From positions 8,060,001-8,124,000 of the forward strand of contig CATNEN010000001.1 in NCBI GenBank assembly GCA_950097015.1: a stretch of DNA of 64,000 bases. Direction: 5' to 3'. A program made the position numbers and the translations under genes. Origin of the DNA: Macrostomum hystrix (Eukaryota > Animalia > Platyhelminthes). The first letter of the stretch is position 1; the number at the start of each line of letters is the position of its first letter. Shown piece by piece: positions 10,952 through 23,439 of this stretch. Under the pieces are notes generated by a model. That model was not told the DNA's origin. It searched no databases and saw nothing but the letters and a program-made list of their open reading frames with translations.

Positions 10952-11290
10952 ATAATTATAACAATTGCAGGAGGGCTGCGGGCAATGGCAAATCAATTGG
11001 CGACACAAGACCCGCAGCCAGCGACGAGGCAATTCTGCCGATTTCGCTGACTTCAGAGCACAAACGCACACACATAGATACTGCACGCAGGCATACGCTC
11101 ACAAAGGTGTGTACATCTGCCCGGACTTTCTTATCGTCAGGGCAGATCACAATTTCACTGTGATTTTGGAGGTTGGCCCTCAAGGCCGTAAATTGCACGA
11201 CAAGCCCCCAAGCATTTTCTCCGCGGCTGCGCCCCAAATGAATGTGGCCTCGCCGCGGAATCAAGCTCAGGGACATTGGCGAGAGGCAAG
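10952..11290 (-). mobile_element. tRNA-derived SINE family A
   Basis: The reverse complement reads ttgcctctcgccaatgtccctgagcttgattccgcggcgaggccacattcatttggggcgcagccgcgg..., matching the 20578 copy, and ends in gccctcctgcaattgttataatt. Confidence 0.8.
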
Positions 11291-14200
11291 ATCATTTGTA
11301 CGAGTACTACAGCTAAAACATATTTGTTTCATAAAACAAAATCGACTAGTTGACCACATTGCTAGAATTTTTTAGAAAATGTCTTTTTACATTTTAGGTT
11401 TGAAAGATTTTTTCTGTATGGTATCGTCCGTGTACGCTATGTACATTCTCGCATGTGCATCGTGCAACGTTCTAGAGTACTCGTATCTAGCTGATCGCGC
11501 AACATTGTTTGGTGTGAAAGGAATATCTGTCCTTTATGTTGCATTTCCAGTTATGTTTTAATGGACTCATTGCACCTTTGTTATAAAAATTCATTCTACG
11601 TTTTAATGTCAGCCCTGTTTGATTCTTACATTTCTTACAATTCTCACAATTTTCCATTCATGGTCCCTACACATTCCCAAAGGAATGACGTTGAATCAGC
11701 GTTTTTAATATCGCAGTTTTTTGCTGCTGTTCGCCTGCTAAATCAGCGTTCCGTTCGTTGTAAGTCCGAAGAAATTGGTACTATTCTTAATTACTTTGTT
11801 GAGATTTTGCTATATTTGGTAGTCCACGTGCTTACACCATTATTGTACATTTAATAATGCATTTAGAGCAGCAAGTAGCTTGCCATGGCACGTTGCCGTT
11901 TTGTTCAAAAATTCTGTTTTGAAAATCGATTTTATTCAAGGCCAGCTGCACAGACACTAGAGCTAGAGCCGAGGAGTCGAACGGCCTGAGAGGCTCGGTC
12001 AAAGCGTCATCCTTAAGCAGCTCGGACACTTGCAGCAGCGGCATCACCTACTGCATTGGCACGAGCACTGCCGAGTAAAAGCAGATAAACAAGCAGTCTG
12101 CTATGTTGGCGGCGGCAAAGGCCATCGGGCTAGCCCTGGCGGCTGCGGCCCGCCACAGTTCCTTACCCAGCCCCGCCCTGCTCCAGGAGGCCAACAAGGC
12201 CAGATGCCTAGCAGACGACATAAGGCAGTGGTCCTCGACGCTGGAACTTGTACCGCAGGCCGGTATTACCCTGGATCGGTGCATTGATCGCTGTTCATGG
12301 CCACAGTGCAGTTCTCTTTCGGTCTATTCTCTTGTGGGCTGGTTGCCCACGGTACCAGCTAACCAGCATGTCCGAGCGACATTCTGGAGGGCCGGGTCGA
12401 GAACCCAGCTCCAGGCCCAGGCACCGAATTGAGAAAGGTGCCAACTACAATTGAACTCGAGTGTAACTTGACAATATTAATTTTCCTTTTTGGTATGCCC
12501 GTCGCGTGTCTGACTAAAATTCTTTTTTTTCACCCTTTGAGTGTCTGTACGTACGCCCGATTTTCTTTTTCTTCATTTAATTTCTTTCGCCTTCTTCACT
12601 ATTCATTTCCATTTGTATGAGTGTTTTACTTGGCCTTTATCTTACAGGTTTGGTCAGCCAAAGTTCAATTTCTGTGTTTGCTGCATTTGAACTCATGTGA
12701 GCTTAAAAACAGCCATGTCACTTTTGGAGCTACAAACCACAGCTATTATTTTTTTAAAATCAATACTCGTACATTGTTCTCTTGAGTGTTTATTTTGTCA
12801 GGGAAAGTGAAGTGAGTCACTAGTCTAGCTGCATAATTGTGGCTTCAATTTTAGATAGCCTAGCACTTACCTTTGCATGCACACCTCTTATCTTTCCTTT
12901 AGCAACCCCATTTTCTGACTGAGGCTTCTCAACCTCTGTTGAGTTCGACTTCTCCACCTGCAATCAACTCTTGATCAATCTTTCTCCTGTCTCCCCTGTC
13001 CAGCCTGGTCAGTCCTGATCCTGAAGGCTCTCACCCCTCTGCCATTCTGTCAATTTTACTTTCAGCAGCCTCCTTATCTTTTATCCCATTTCTGTCTGGG
13101 TTGGCTGCTTTTGTTCTCTGGTTGCCTAGTATTTTCTTTTCTATCCTTATTTGTTTTGCATGTTTTTACCACTTTTTGATTTGCACTTCCCCTTCTTCAG
13201 TCTAGCTGTCATCTGAAGTGGACTCTTCACCCCCATTTGTCTTGTTCTTGTCAGGAAAGGCCCTCATCACTGCACCGCTTTTTCTTCGTTATTTTCTCTG
13301 GTGGCTTCACTGGTGGGCATTTCAGACCTGCTGATCTTTTTTGTCTACTGGGTCCACCTGTCAATCATCCTCTTTGTCTGGCCAAACAAAGAGGCTCTCA
13401 ATGTCTGACCACTGGTGGCTTCACTAGTGGTCACCCTGATTCCTCTGATCTGTGCACACTTTTTGTCTTGCATAAATCATTTTCCACTTAAGTGATTCTA
13501 TTCTTTGTCTGCTTGTTGTGTATGCCAATTTTTGTGGGCAATTTAAATCTCAGGTGTTTACCAGACAACAACCTGCCTGTCAGGGATTTTACTTTAAATG
13601 CAGAGCTCCCAGGCTCTCAATTTCACTATTCTCACTGCTTGTTAGTCTCCTTGAATTCTGTTTAAGTTGCATTTGGGCTTAATTTCTGTTTTCTTTTGTG
13701 GCTTTGTGCCATTTGGGCTCAAGTCCCTTTCAATTTATCTTTGCCCCAGTGGCCCCTGAGTCTGGCGCTATAGTTTGCCCTTTTATATTTTCTCACATTG
13801 TGGATCTGACTAAGTAAACTTCTCTTTCCTGCCCTCCAGCCTAATTTGTAAGAATGCTGGATTTTTATCTGCTTTCTAACTTCAAGAGATTGTTATCTTT
13901 ATAGGGCCTAATTTTTGGTGGCCTGCAAGCCAAGACTTCAGATTGGCATCTGCTGAAAGTCATTGTCATCTATTGAATTACTGTCTGTTGACTATCTGTT
14001 GCACAAAAGCAACACTGCTGCTTGGCATTGAGCAATCTCCTACACCAAGAGTTTTCTTTCATGTAGACTATATACACACATTATTGAGCAGTTGAAAATT
14101 AAAGTTAGGTAATTGCATGGCTAGGGAATTGCCTGATGCCACTTCCATGCATTTTGTTTAAATTTGTATTTAATAGCTTTTATCTGTTTCAATTTTAACA

Positions 14201-16406
14201 CTTTCTTTGTGTTACCTACTGTTTCATTTTCCTTTCATTTGCATTTTAGGCATTCATGCTTTCTTCTTTCCTAATTTACTTATTTAAAAATTCATGTCAA
14301 GGAAGCCAGGTGCAAGTTGTGGCAGAACCAAATGCTTAGGGCCTAATATTATTGTATACTACATTAAAACTCAAACTAAATTATCCATTGCACAAACTTT
14401 GTTTCATTTGTTTAATTATTAAATAGTGTTTAAATACAACATTTCTTCTCTCTCATAATACCATATAAATATGTATGCTTTTATGTGCATTAACTTCATT
14501 GTCTAGTCTAGTATATTGCCACCAAAACTTAGAAAGAACATGCAATGTTAAGATAAATAGTTTTTATCTTTGTCATTACACTAAAGTTATAGACATTTAT
14601 TAGAACCTAGAACTGGATAATTTTTGTTGTTATTAATGAGTGAATAAGAAGTGAATTATAAAATAAAAAGGAGTGTATCTTGAGACTAGGCAACTCCTAT
14701 CCATTGGAAGCCTAAGGCCTAGTATGACTAGAATCTAAAACCAGTGTCAATGAGCCAATTGAATAATAGTAGTAATACATATAAAGTGTATTGCCACCAA
14801 TATTTGCTACAGATAGGCCTATGTGAGAATAAGTGAGAAATTGTAAAACTTAATTTTAATTTAATTCATAAAGTTGGAATTTGAATCCATCAAAAAAGTT
14901 TGTTATATATAGAATAGAGTATAAAATATAAATTGGTGATTAATAAGAGTAAATCTAAGATAATATGCTTGATTAAAAATGGCTTTTACTGTTGAAACTG
15001 GAGTTATCCCAATAATCCATTAACTTTTAGATTTACTTCATTTAACTCCGCTAATAAAACGAATATAAAACATTTAAAAAAGTGCAAAATGAGAGCACAA
15101 CTAGTTGGTAGCTTGCTTTTTGTAGAGCAGAGCAGATCAAGGGAGCATGCACGGTATTGTCAAAACCAGTTTGAATGGATGTCCGTTACCTTTAGCGGTC
15201 ATGACGATTTCAAGGTTCAGATGCAACACGCTGTCCATGAGAGTTCATTCATACAACTTGAAACTGCGCGCTACGAACATTGAGGCGTAAAATTACGGAG
15301 TTTCTGTAAGGAAAGGGGTGCAGTTCTACTGATTGCTTTTCCTTAAGGTGTAGTGTGAGCATATTTTGCTATTGGTCGGTATAGCGCGTGGATCCATCTA
15401 TTTTTATGACAGTGCGAATTCACACCTGGCTGGTCCGGGCAAGCCAGGTGGGCAGACGCAAACCACCCGTCAATTAATTTTCACTTGGGTGCATCGTCAC
15501 GTGATGTTTCACACATGGCATGAGCAATGTTATTTGTCATCTGATCACGCATGAGGGTCGTCACGGAGTCACACTTTATGGTCCCATACTGGGTCACGCT
15601 GGTCAACACTGGGTCACGTTGGTCACGATTTCACTCTGCAGTGACTTCACTCACGCTGTTTTACATTGGTCGCGGTTTTAAACTGTTCACTTGGGTCACA
15701 CTAACTGTTTCCAATTGTCCAGCTGTTTCACCCTAGTGATCACAAAGTCCCTGTCACTGGGTCACACACAAAGTCCCTGTCACAAAAAGATGATTAAGTT
15801 TTCACCAGAAAATTAATAACAATGAAAAACCGATTTTAATTTGCTTGCAATCCTTGTATGTGACCAAGGGAACACAACATTAACGCTTTTTTATTAGTCA
15901 TCAGATAGTCAGCTTGTTATTTAGATATTTAAATAGATGCAATATAATGCTTTAAATTCTCGGTTTTGCTCGAGTCACACGAAAAGCACAGCTTTGCCCA
16001 GACCAGGAATGCTCCGATGTGATAAATATTTTAGGAATTTTTCGAATTCGTCAGTGCCGAAATAGGACGTATTTCAAGATTGACTTTTTAAGGAACCTAT
16101 TCTATCAGCACCCACAACTGCGGCTTAAGTTAAAAAGTACATTTTTTGATCGAGTCACATCACCGAGCGAAATAACAAAATCAGCAACAGAAACCTCAAG
16201 TGCGACTTCACTTCAGCTTCTTCGAATATAACAAATAGTTACATTATTTTTGGGGTACTTCACAATTAGGTGTTGGGCGTCAGAATCTCCAAGTAGGAAA
16301 TTGCGTCACTGAATAATTTTAATTCGATCACAACAAATTTCGCGCCAAAAGCTTAAAATCTTTCGTTCTTGACATATTCTCGTAGTTTCGCTCGCTTCTG
16401 TATGAA

Positions 16407-19400
16407 CTAGAAGAACACGGCGTAGCCGTAAACTCTGTCGCCGGAGTCCTCGCCGTCGGAGGAGTCCTCCGGGTAGTCCGACTGCCAGGTGCGACGGCCA
16501 GAGCCAGAGCGCTTGCCGAATCTGCCAACATCAAGGTAAGCGTAGTTGTTTGCATTATAACAAGTTTTGGGAGCGTCACAAATCTTCAAATCACTTGCGC
16601 GACATTTTAGAGAGCGTCACTTTCAGAGAGCGTCACTTTCAGAGAGCGTCACTTTCAGAGAGCGTCACTTTCAGAGAGCGTCACTTTCAGAGAGCGTCAC
16701 TTTCAGAGAGCGTCACTTTCAGACAGCGTCACTTTCAGAGAGCGTCACTTTCAGACAGCGTCACTTTTAGAGAGAGTCACTTTCAGAGAGCGTCACTTTC
16801 AGAGAGCGTCACTTTCAGAGAGCGTCACTTTCAGAGAGCGTCACTTTTAAAGAGCGTCACTTTCAGAGAGCGTCACTTTCAGAGAGGGTCACTTTCAGAG
16901 AGCGTCACTTTCAGAGAGCGTCACTTTCAGAGAGCGTCGCTTTCAGAGAGCGTCACTTTCAGAGAGCGTCACTTTCAGAGAGCGTCACTTTCAGAGAGCG
17001 TCACTTTCAAAAAGCGTCACTTTCAGACAGCGTCACTTTTAGAGAGAGTCACTTTCAGAGAGCGTCACTTTCAGAGAGCGTCACTTTCAGAGAGCGTCAC
17101 TTTCAGAGAGCGTCACTTTCAGAGAGCGTCACTTTCAGAGAGCGTCACTTTCAGACAGCGTCACTTTTATAGAGCGTCACTTTCAGAGAGCGTCACTTTC
17201 AGAGAGGGTCACTTTCAGAGAGCGTCACTTTCAGAGAGCGTCACTTTCAGACAGCGTCACTTTTATAGAGCGTCACTTTCAGAGAGCGTCACTTTCAGAG
17301 AGGGTCACTTTCAGAGAGCGTCACTTTCAGAGAGCGTCACTTTCAGAGAGCGTCGCTTTCAGAGAGCGTCACTTTCAGAGAGCGTCACTTTCAGAGAGCG
17401 TCACTTTCAGAGAGCGTCACTTTCAAAAAGCGTCACTTTCAGACAGCGTCACTTTTAGAGAGAGTCACTTTCAGAGAGCGTCACTTTCAGAGAGCGTCAC
17501 TTTTATAGAGCGTCACTTTCAGAGAGCGTCACTTTCAGAGAGGGTCACTTTCAGAGAGCGTCACTTTCAGAGAGCGTCACTTTCAGAGAGCGTCGCTTTC
17601 AGAGAGCGTCACTTTCAGAGAGCGTCATTTCAGAGAGCGTCACTTTCAGAGAGCGTCACTTTTAGAGAGCGTCACTTTCAGAGAGCGTCACTTTCAGAGA
17701 GCGTCACTTTCAGAGAGCGTCACTTTCAGAGAGCGTCGCTTTCAGAGAGCGTCACTTTTAGAGAGAGTCACTTTCAGAGAGCGTCACTTTCAGAGAGCGT
17801 CACTTTCAGAGAGCGTCACTTTCAGAGAGCGTCACTTTCAGAGAGCGTCGCTTTCAGAGAGCGTCGCTTTCAGAGAGCGTCACTTTCAGAGAGCGTCACT
17901 TTCAGAGAGCGTCACTTTCAGAGAGCGTCACTTTCAGAGAGCGTCACTTTCAGAGAGCGTCGCTTTCAGAGAGCGTCATTTCAGAGAGCGTCACTTTTAT
18001 AGAGCGTCACTTTCAGAGAGCGTCACTTTCAGAGAGCGTCATTTCAGAGAGCGTCACTTTTATAGAGCGTCACTTTCAGAGAGCGTCACTTTCAGAGAGC
18101 GTCACTTTCAGAGAGCGTCACTTTCAGAGAGCGTCACTTTCGTAGAGCGTCACTTCCTTTAAGTGCTACTTTGACTTGAAAGTGGCCGAAGTCTGCCTTT
18201 TTTACAGGCTCAATCTGCACTGTGACATACTGTACAGAAGTCAAGAGCCAAGTCTGGAAAGCAGCCATGTTTCATCAATGAAATGACAAGAAAATATCAA
18301 GGATTGCATTACACTGGCTAACTTGACAGTGACCGATGCCTCTTATGCAAAGCCATGCAGGTAACGGTTCTGAGGGACGCCTTCATGAGATGCATCAGAC
18401 GGCACGATCGGGTATTAGAAATTCTGCTCGATGCCTCGACGACTGTGGCCGCACAGTTATCTGATCCCAATCGTTAATCAAGATTTAAGATAATTCCCTC
18501 CCATAGCTAATGTAGTTATGGCCCCAGCCTCCATACTTTGCTGCACTCTCCACACTGACTGGACTCTGCCGCTGTGACTTTTCTAATTAATCGAGAAGAA
18601 AGTAGTTATCTAAAGTGAGATGAAAGCTAGCTAGAAAAAGTATCGTCCTTTAAAAAACTATCCAATTTTCGTTCCTCTTTTTCCCATGGGATTCCACGGT
18701 AAGTTTCACATCGAGTAGATTTTCAGTTGGGACAAGGCGCTAAATTGACCAACTTGAAATCCTCGAAGCTCAAAATAATTCAGTGGATTTGCGGTCTCTG
18801 GTGAAACATTGGCGACAGTCGACCCGCAGTCTCTAACCCTACAGCTGTTGTCTATACTCCTGGATCGATCAGTGGGTGATATCCAAGCACAGGGAGAATT
18901 GAATCATCAACGCCAGCAAAAATTGTCCCTTATTCTTCTCCTGCCCTCCCTCCGAAAGGCTCCTTTTGGACTCAACGACAGGGCCTGTCATCATGTCTCT
19001 GCTTGGCACCCTTCACCTCCAAGGTAAAATCCTTAACATTTTGTCCGCATCTGATAGAGCCAGATAAATTGCAGACATGCTTTCTTAATAGGCTCAAATC
19101 AATTTAGCCCGATAGCAACAAGACACAGGTGTTTTATTGATAATTGAAGTGGATGGCGGACAGTCCTGTTGATAAGGAGCTGCGAAAAAAATATTGAGTA
19201 AAAAAACAAATGGAGGTCGCAGATGTCACGACATTGGCCACACAATCCCAATGCATCCTGCATGTAGTGTCTGTTTTGGACACTCTCAAAATGTCTATAT
19301 TTCTATAGAAGTCGGAGGCAGTTAATTCCCCATAGAGATAGTATGGAAGCGACTCGGTTTCAGGGGGGCACTTGTCGAATTCGGATGTATAACAACTCGA

Positions 19401-19487
19401 GTCTGTTCGCTTCTGCAAAATTAATGAATGAAGCAACAGCGCACACTTCGTTGGCGAATGGACGGACCGGAAGCCCAGTCCACTTCA

Positions 19488-19529
<42 letters not shown>

Positions 19530-22500
19530 GAGCGGCTATAGAACTGAGGGACCTCTTCAATATGAATGCAAATTAAATTTTCAGGTGATCCTCATCAACA
19601 GGGACCCAGCACCCGGGGGGAATTGTGTCAGGCTATAGCTCCTCCCCTGTCAATCAGATATTATTTGGGCATTATTTATTGCTCAGACCTCGCTAGGGAT
19701 TTATCTAGCCTATATATTTTCTGCTAGCTGACATTTACTTTATTGCCAATAATATTGAAAACTGGGATGAAACACCGACTTTCGCGCTTGTCTGCTTGTT
19801 CAGCAATCATTTCTGCTTGAGTTGTTAATCATCGAGCTTATTGCAACTAGGACAATCTATACACTAGGCATCAAATTACTTTGGTACCCTGATTGCTTGA
19901 TAGCGGAGGCACGTCCCTTAAATAGAGTGGGTCCGGGGTTCGATTCTCAGTCCGTAATAGTTTAAAGATTCTAATTGCTTCAATTAATTATAATTTGAAA
20001 CGAAATAATATTCATAATTTACTTCTAAGAGAAACAAAGTCACTTGCACAGTTGATAACTACTGTTCCTGCCTTTGTTATCCATTTTCTTACCTTAATCA
20101 ATATCTACCTTTTTCTAAACCATCCTTCCTCATTAGCGCGGATTACTATAGGCGTGCAAAAATCCGAATCGCCGTCAAACGAGGATTAACGACGGATTCT
20201 TTAGGCTATCTTTAGCTCAAAAACTAGATGTTCTATTTTTAGAACCAAAAAGCCTTAAAATGAACGACTTGAGACAAGGGGCGCAAAAACAGGCTGACGA
20301 CAGCAGAAAAATAGATCGACGGGTTGGGCAAACACTTGAGCTGAGCTGCCAGATAAATATTTTCGAGGCGAAATCATAATTGCGACTAAAAATGTTCCTT
20401 ATGTTTGCTCTCTCCCAACTGAAATATCCACTTTAAACTAATTTATATTTTCCAATTGCTTATGTGGGTATCCTTTATAGTTTTTTAGTTTCATATGTTT
20501 TGTTTTAATTATCTCCTGTCACGTGACTTGAACTCGCGTCGTTTTAAATTCGAAACAGTTAAAATTTTATACGCATGTCGGGGGCGAGTGGTAGAGTGGT
20601 CTAACGTGTTTGCCTCTCGCACCAAGGTCCCTGAGCTCGATTCCGCGGCGAGGCCACATTCATTTGGGGTGCAGCCCCGGAGAGAAGGCTTGGTAGCTTG
20701 TCTTGCAATTTTCGACATTTGAGGAACAACTTTCAAGGTACAGTGAGAGTGTACTCTGCCTGACGATGATAAAGTGAGTGTGTGCTCAGGAGTCAGCGAA
20801 ATGAGCAGAATTGCCTCCTCGCTGACTGCGGGTCTAGTGTTGCCAAATGTGTCATTGCCAGCAGCCCTCCTGCGATTATTGTTATTATCATCATGCACAT
20901 GTCAAGTGACCTGAAAGTGTCATTGTCTTATCTCTTATCTTATTCAGTTTTTTATTAATTCTAGGGTGCAATTACAGCATTGATTTTTATTAACCGAAAG
21001 AATAAAAAGAAAATACAATAATTGTAATAGCAAATGAATTGCGGTAATACAAATGGCGTACAGTACTCCCAGTACCTATAGGCTGACCCAATGCTGTATA
21101 TTAGCACTAAAAAATCCCAGTTTGAGATGGGAGATGTCGCGGTTGTTACCCTCTGTCTGTCAGGTCACGAAATGCAATTTCCGGGACGCGACCATCGGGT
21201 TAGGAGGCTAAGGGGGAGGGCCAGGAGCTGCCTGACATCCTTGGCATGAAAGCGAATAATTGGAAAACAGTGGCCAGGTACACAGAAATCATAAATGCAC
21301 AAAATTAGAGACAATATCGCTAATGCTTGTCCATTGATTTTCCAGTTTTAACAAACTTTCCGGTTGACATTTTCCGAATTTTTTACTTTTATTTTAAAAT
21401 GGAATGTCAACATAAATTCATGACTAATTAATAACTGATGTGCAGTCGCTAGGACAGCCGCAGCTACGTCTTTTCAGTACATGGACTGTTGGGACGACAC
21501 ACCTACCCTCAACTACTTCCAGTTAATCCTGATACCCATTTAACAGCTTGATGAAATAAAGCAATTCAGAGTTAAGTGTCTAGCTAAAAGACACAAATTG
21601 TTACCCTGTCAAGTCAGGAATCGAACCCCCGACCTTCAAGTCACGAGTCTGACGCACTAACCACTAGGTTAGACACTGGCCTATGTAAAAATCCATACAT
21701 CGGCTGCGTACACCTGTCCAGTCCATGGACTGGAGTGGATGGAGTTAAACCTACTCTAATTTCTGCCCTCAGCAAGTTAACAATTTCTAATAAACGTGAG
21801 TCAGTTTTATATGGATAGACTCAATACAGCCTGCATCCCATCCTAGAGACTTACGAGTACACTCGAAGGCCTCCCATTAAATCAGAAAAGTTGCATAGCC
21901 ATATGTGGCTACTCTCGGACTCTATTTAACTCTGTCCTAAAAATCTTCTTTTGAATTGAAAAATGATTACCGCGCACAAAAAGGTCATTGGAAAATTCGC
22001 GTCATAAAACTGCGACTTCCTTTCACTCTTTGTGCTGCCTCTTTGAGCAGCTTTCAGAAAGATGTGAACTAGCTAGCTAGAAAAGTTTGTCTGCGAAATT
22101 AGTTCTGAAGTTAGTTCAGGAAAAAAACTAATTTTTATTGAAGCAGAAGTCTTGGACGATTCAGGTCATCCTTCGAAGTTTAGTTGAGACATATTAGACA
22201 TTCGAGTGACAGACTAGATTCCAGAGTGACAGATTCGATTGCAGAGTGACAGATAATCATGAAATCTGAGTGACAGATTAGACGTCGGAATTACAGATTA
22301 GATGTCGCAGTGAAAGATTAGACATTAGAGTGATAGATTACACATAAGAGTGATAGATTAGACGTCGGAGTGGCAGATAGATGTCGGAGTGACAGATTAG
22401 ACGTCAGAGTGACAGATTAGACGTCAGAGTGATAGATTAGACGTCAGAGTGATAGATTAGACGTCAGAGTGACAGATTAGACGTCAGAGTGATAGATTAG

Positions 22501-22964
22501 ACGTCGGAGTGTCAGATTAGACAGACATCCGAGTGGCAGATTAGACGTCAGAGTGATAGATTAGACGTCGGACAGTTATGACGCACAATTGCGCTGATGC
22601 GAAACCTTTAAAATCGCAGCCCGCAGCCCGCAGCGTACCTGGGCCTTCCAACCAGGGCGTAGTACAGCTGCAGCCTCTCCAGATAGTCCTTGAGCTCCTC
22701 GGGGGTTCGAAATTTGCTGGGATCTGGCGGCCCCATGCCGTCGGCGAAGCTTAAATCGGCTGGCTCAGCGGCGCCCAAGCCGGTGGAGCTCGCGGCTCCC
22801 GGGCCGAAGCCGCTGGCGCCGAATCCGGCCGCGTAGTTCAACAGGTCGGCCGAGATGGGACCGTCGTTGGTGGCCGGTGGCACGGCGGCGGCGCTGACGA
22901 TGGCGGCCGCTGCTACGGCGAAAGTGACAAAGACTAGCAGCATTGCTTGGCTAGGCGAGAGCAT
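16407..22964 (-). CDS. NPF: Neuropeptide F / NPY-family precursor, ~146 aa; exons 22964-22639 and 16521-16407
   Basis: Signal peptide MLSPSQAMLLVFVTFAVAAAAIVSA and PP-fold peptide ..GPPDPSKFRTPEELKDYLERLQLYYALVGRP-R(ag|gtacgc...ttggcag|a)-F-GKR. The phase-2 intron inside the Arg codon of RF-amide is the conserved NPY/NPF intron position, and GKR is the amidation plus cleavage site. Confidence 0.92.
16607..18155. repeat. 16-bp minisatellite (tttcagagagcgtcac)n in the NPF intron
   Basis: Direct tandem repetition; the spurious ORF has a 16-aa period (3 units). Confidence 0.97.
18300..18480 (+). mobile_element. Possible relic of an RLE-clade non-LTR retrotransposon (CxxC...RHD motif)
   Basis: In-frame CLLCK...RRHDRVLEIL from 18337 resembles the zinc-knuckle/RHD region that precedes restriction-like endonucleases. 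The H..C half of the knuckle is missing. Confidence 0.3.
19490..19528. repeat. (CTG)n microsatellite, ~13 units
   Basis: Directly visible pure ctg run. Confidence 0.95.
20578..20892 (+). mobile_element. tRNA-derived SINE family A, copy with intact head (internal deletion in body)
   Basis: Pol III A-box-like tggtagagtgg and B-box-like gctcgattcc, shared family body, (att/atc)n tail. Confidence 0.85.
21480..21680 (-). mobile_element. tRNA-derived SINE with a CORE-like central domain
   Basis: The reverse strand has taacctagtggttagtgcg...gggttcgattcct (A/B boxes) followed by tgtgtcttttagctagacacttaactctg...ctgttaaatggg. This resembles the CORE/MIR pattern gtgaccttgggcaagtcacttaac...ctgtaaaatggg. 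Confidence 0.6.
22205..22572. repeat. 20-bp minisatellite (gacagattagacgtcagagt)n next to the NPF donor site
   Basis: Direct tandem repetition, degenerating leftwards. Confidence 0.92.
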
Positions 22965-23046
22965 GGCAATTCGATGCGATATTTCAAATTTGATTTTCTT
23001 CTGACTGATCAGTGAAGGAGGGAGGGCAGGTGGCAACCGCTGTCGA

Positions 23047-23053
23047 TTTTATA
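23047..23053 (-). promoter_or_regulatory. Candidate TATA box of the NPF gene
   Basis: TATAAAA on the minus strand ~90 bp upstream of the ATG, followed by Inr-like tcact/tcagt ~35-45 bp downstream. Confidence 0.45.
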
Positions 23054-23439
23054 ATGCCCAGACCGAGAGAGGATGGGAGAAAGGAGGACAGAGGGAGAGA
23101 GAGACAGCGAGGGAGGGAATAAAAAGTTGCCTTATTTGGTCTCTAAGCCGAATTCGTGTGTGGGTTGGACGACGTGACTTTGCGGCGCAGCTCGAGACAA
23201 CTTATTGACAATTATTTTTTTTCCTTTCGCTAATCCCGTTTACAGATGGCCAATTCTGAGCTAGGATTGGCCAGCCAATGAGGGGAGAGGCAAACGCTGG
23301 GGGTAGGCGGCAGACTGAGAAAGAAAGAACTCGTTGACACTCTTGGCACTGTGACGCTGGAAGAGCACGGTAGATGAAGCTAGCGGAGATTGAGACATGA
23401 ATTAGAGGACGTTGGGGTTTCAATGAGAGATCATTGTTG

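Noticed and set aside
16550-17458. 302-aa ORF (ESVTFRERHFQRASLS)n
   Set aside because: Translation of the 16-bp satellite, antisense within the NPF intron.
19343-19576. Poly-Leu / poly-Ser ORFs
   Set aside because: Produced by the (CTG)n microsatellite; no splice or homology support.
20578-20660. Functional tRNA genes (also at ~19890-19950, 21610-21680, ~29740-29795, ~36480-36530 and 61150-61225)
   Set aside because: A/B-box-like motifs are present, but there is no complete cloverleaf or acceptor stem. Several run into shared SINE bodies and the others are short degenerate fragments.
22608-22638. NPY-type RY ending (GRPRYAAG...)
   Set aside because: This is intron read-through (ag|gtacgc) with no Gly-Lys-Arg amidation site; the proper exon is at 16521-16407.
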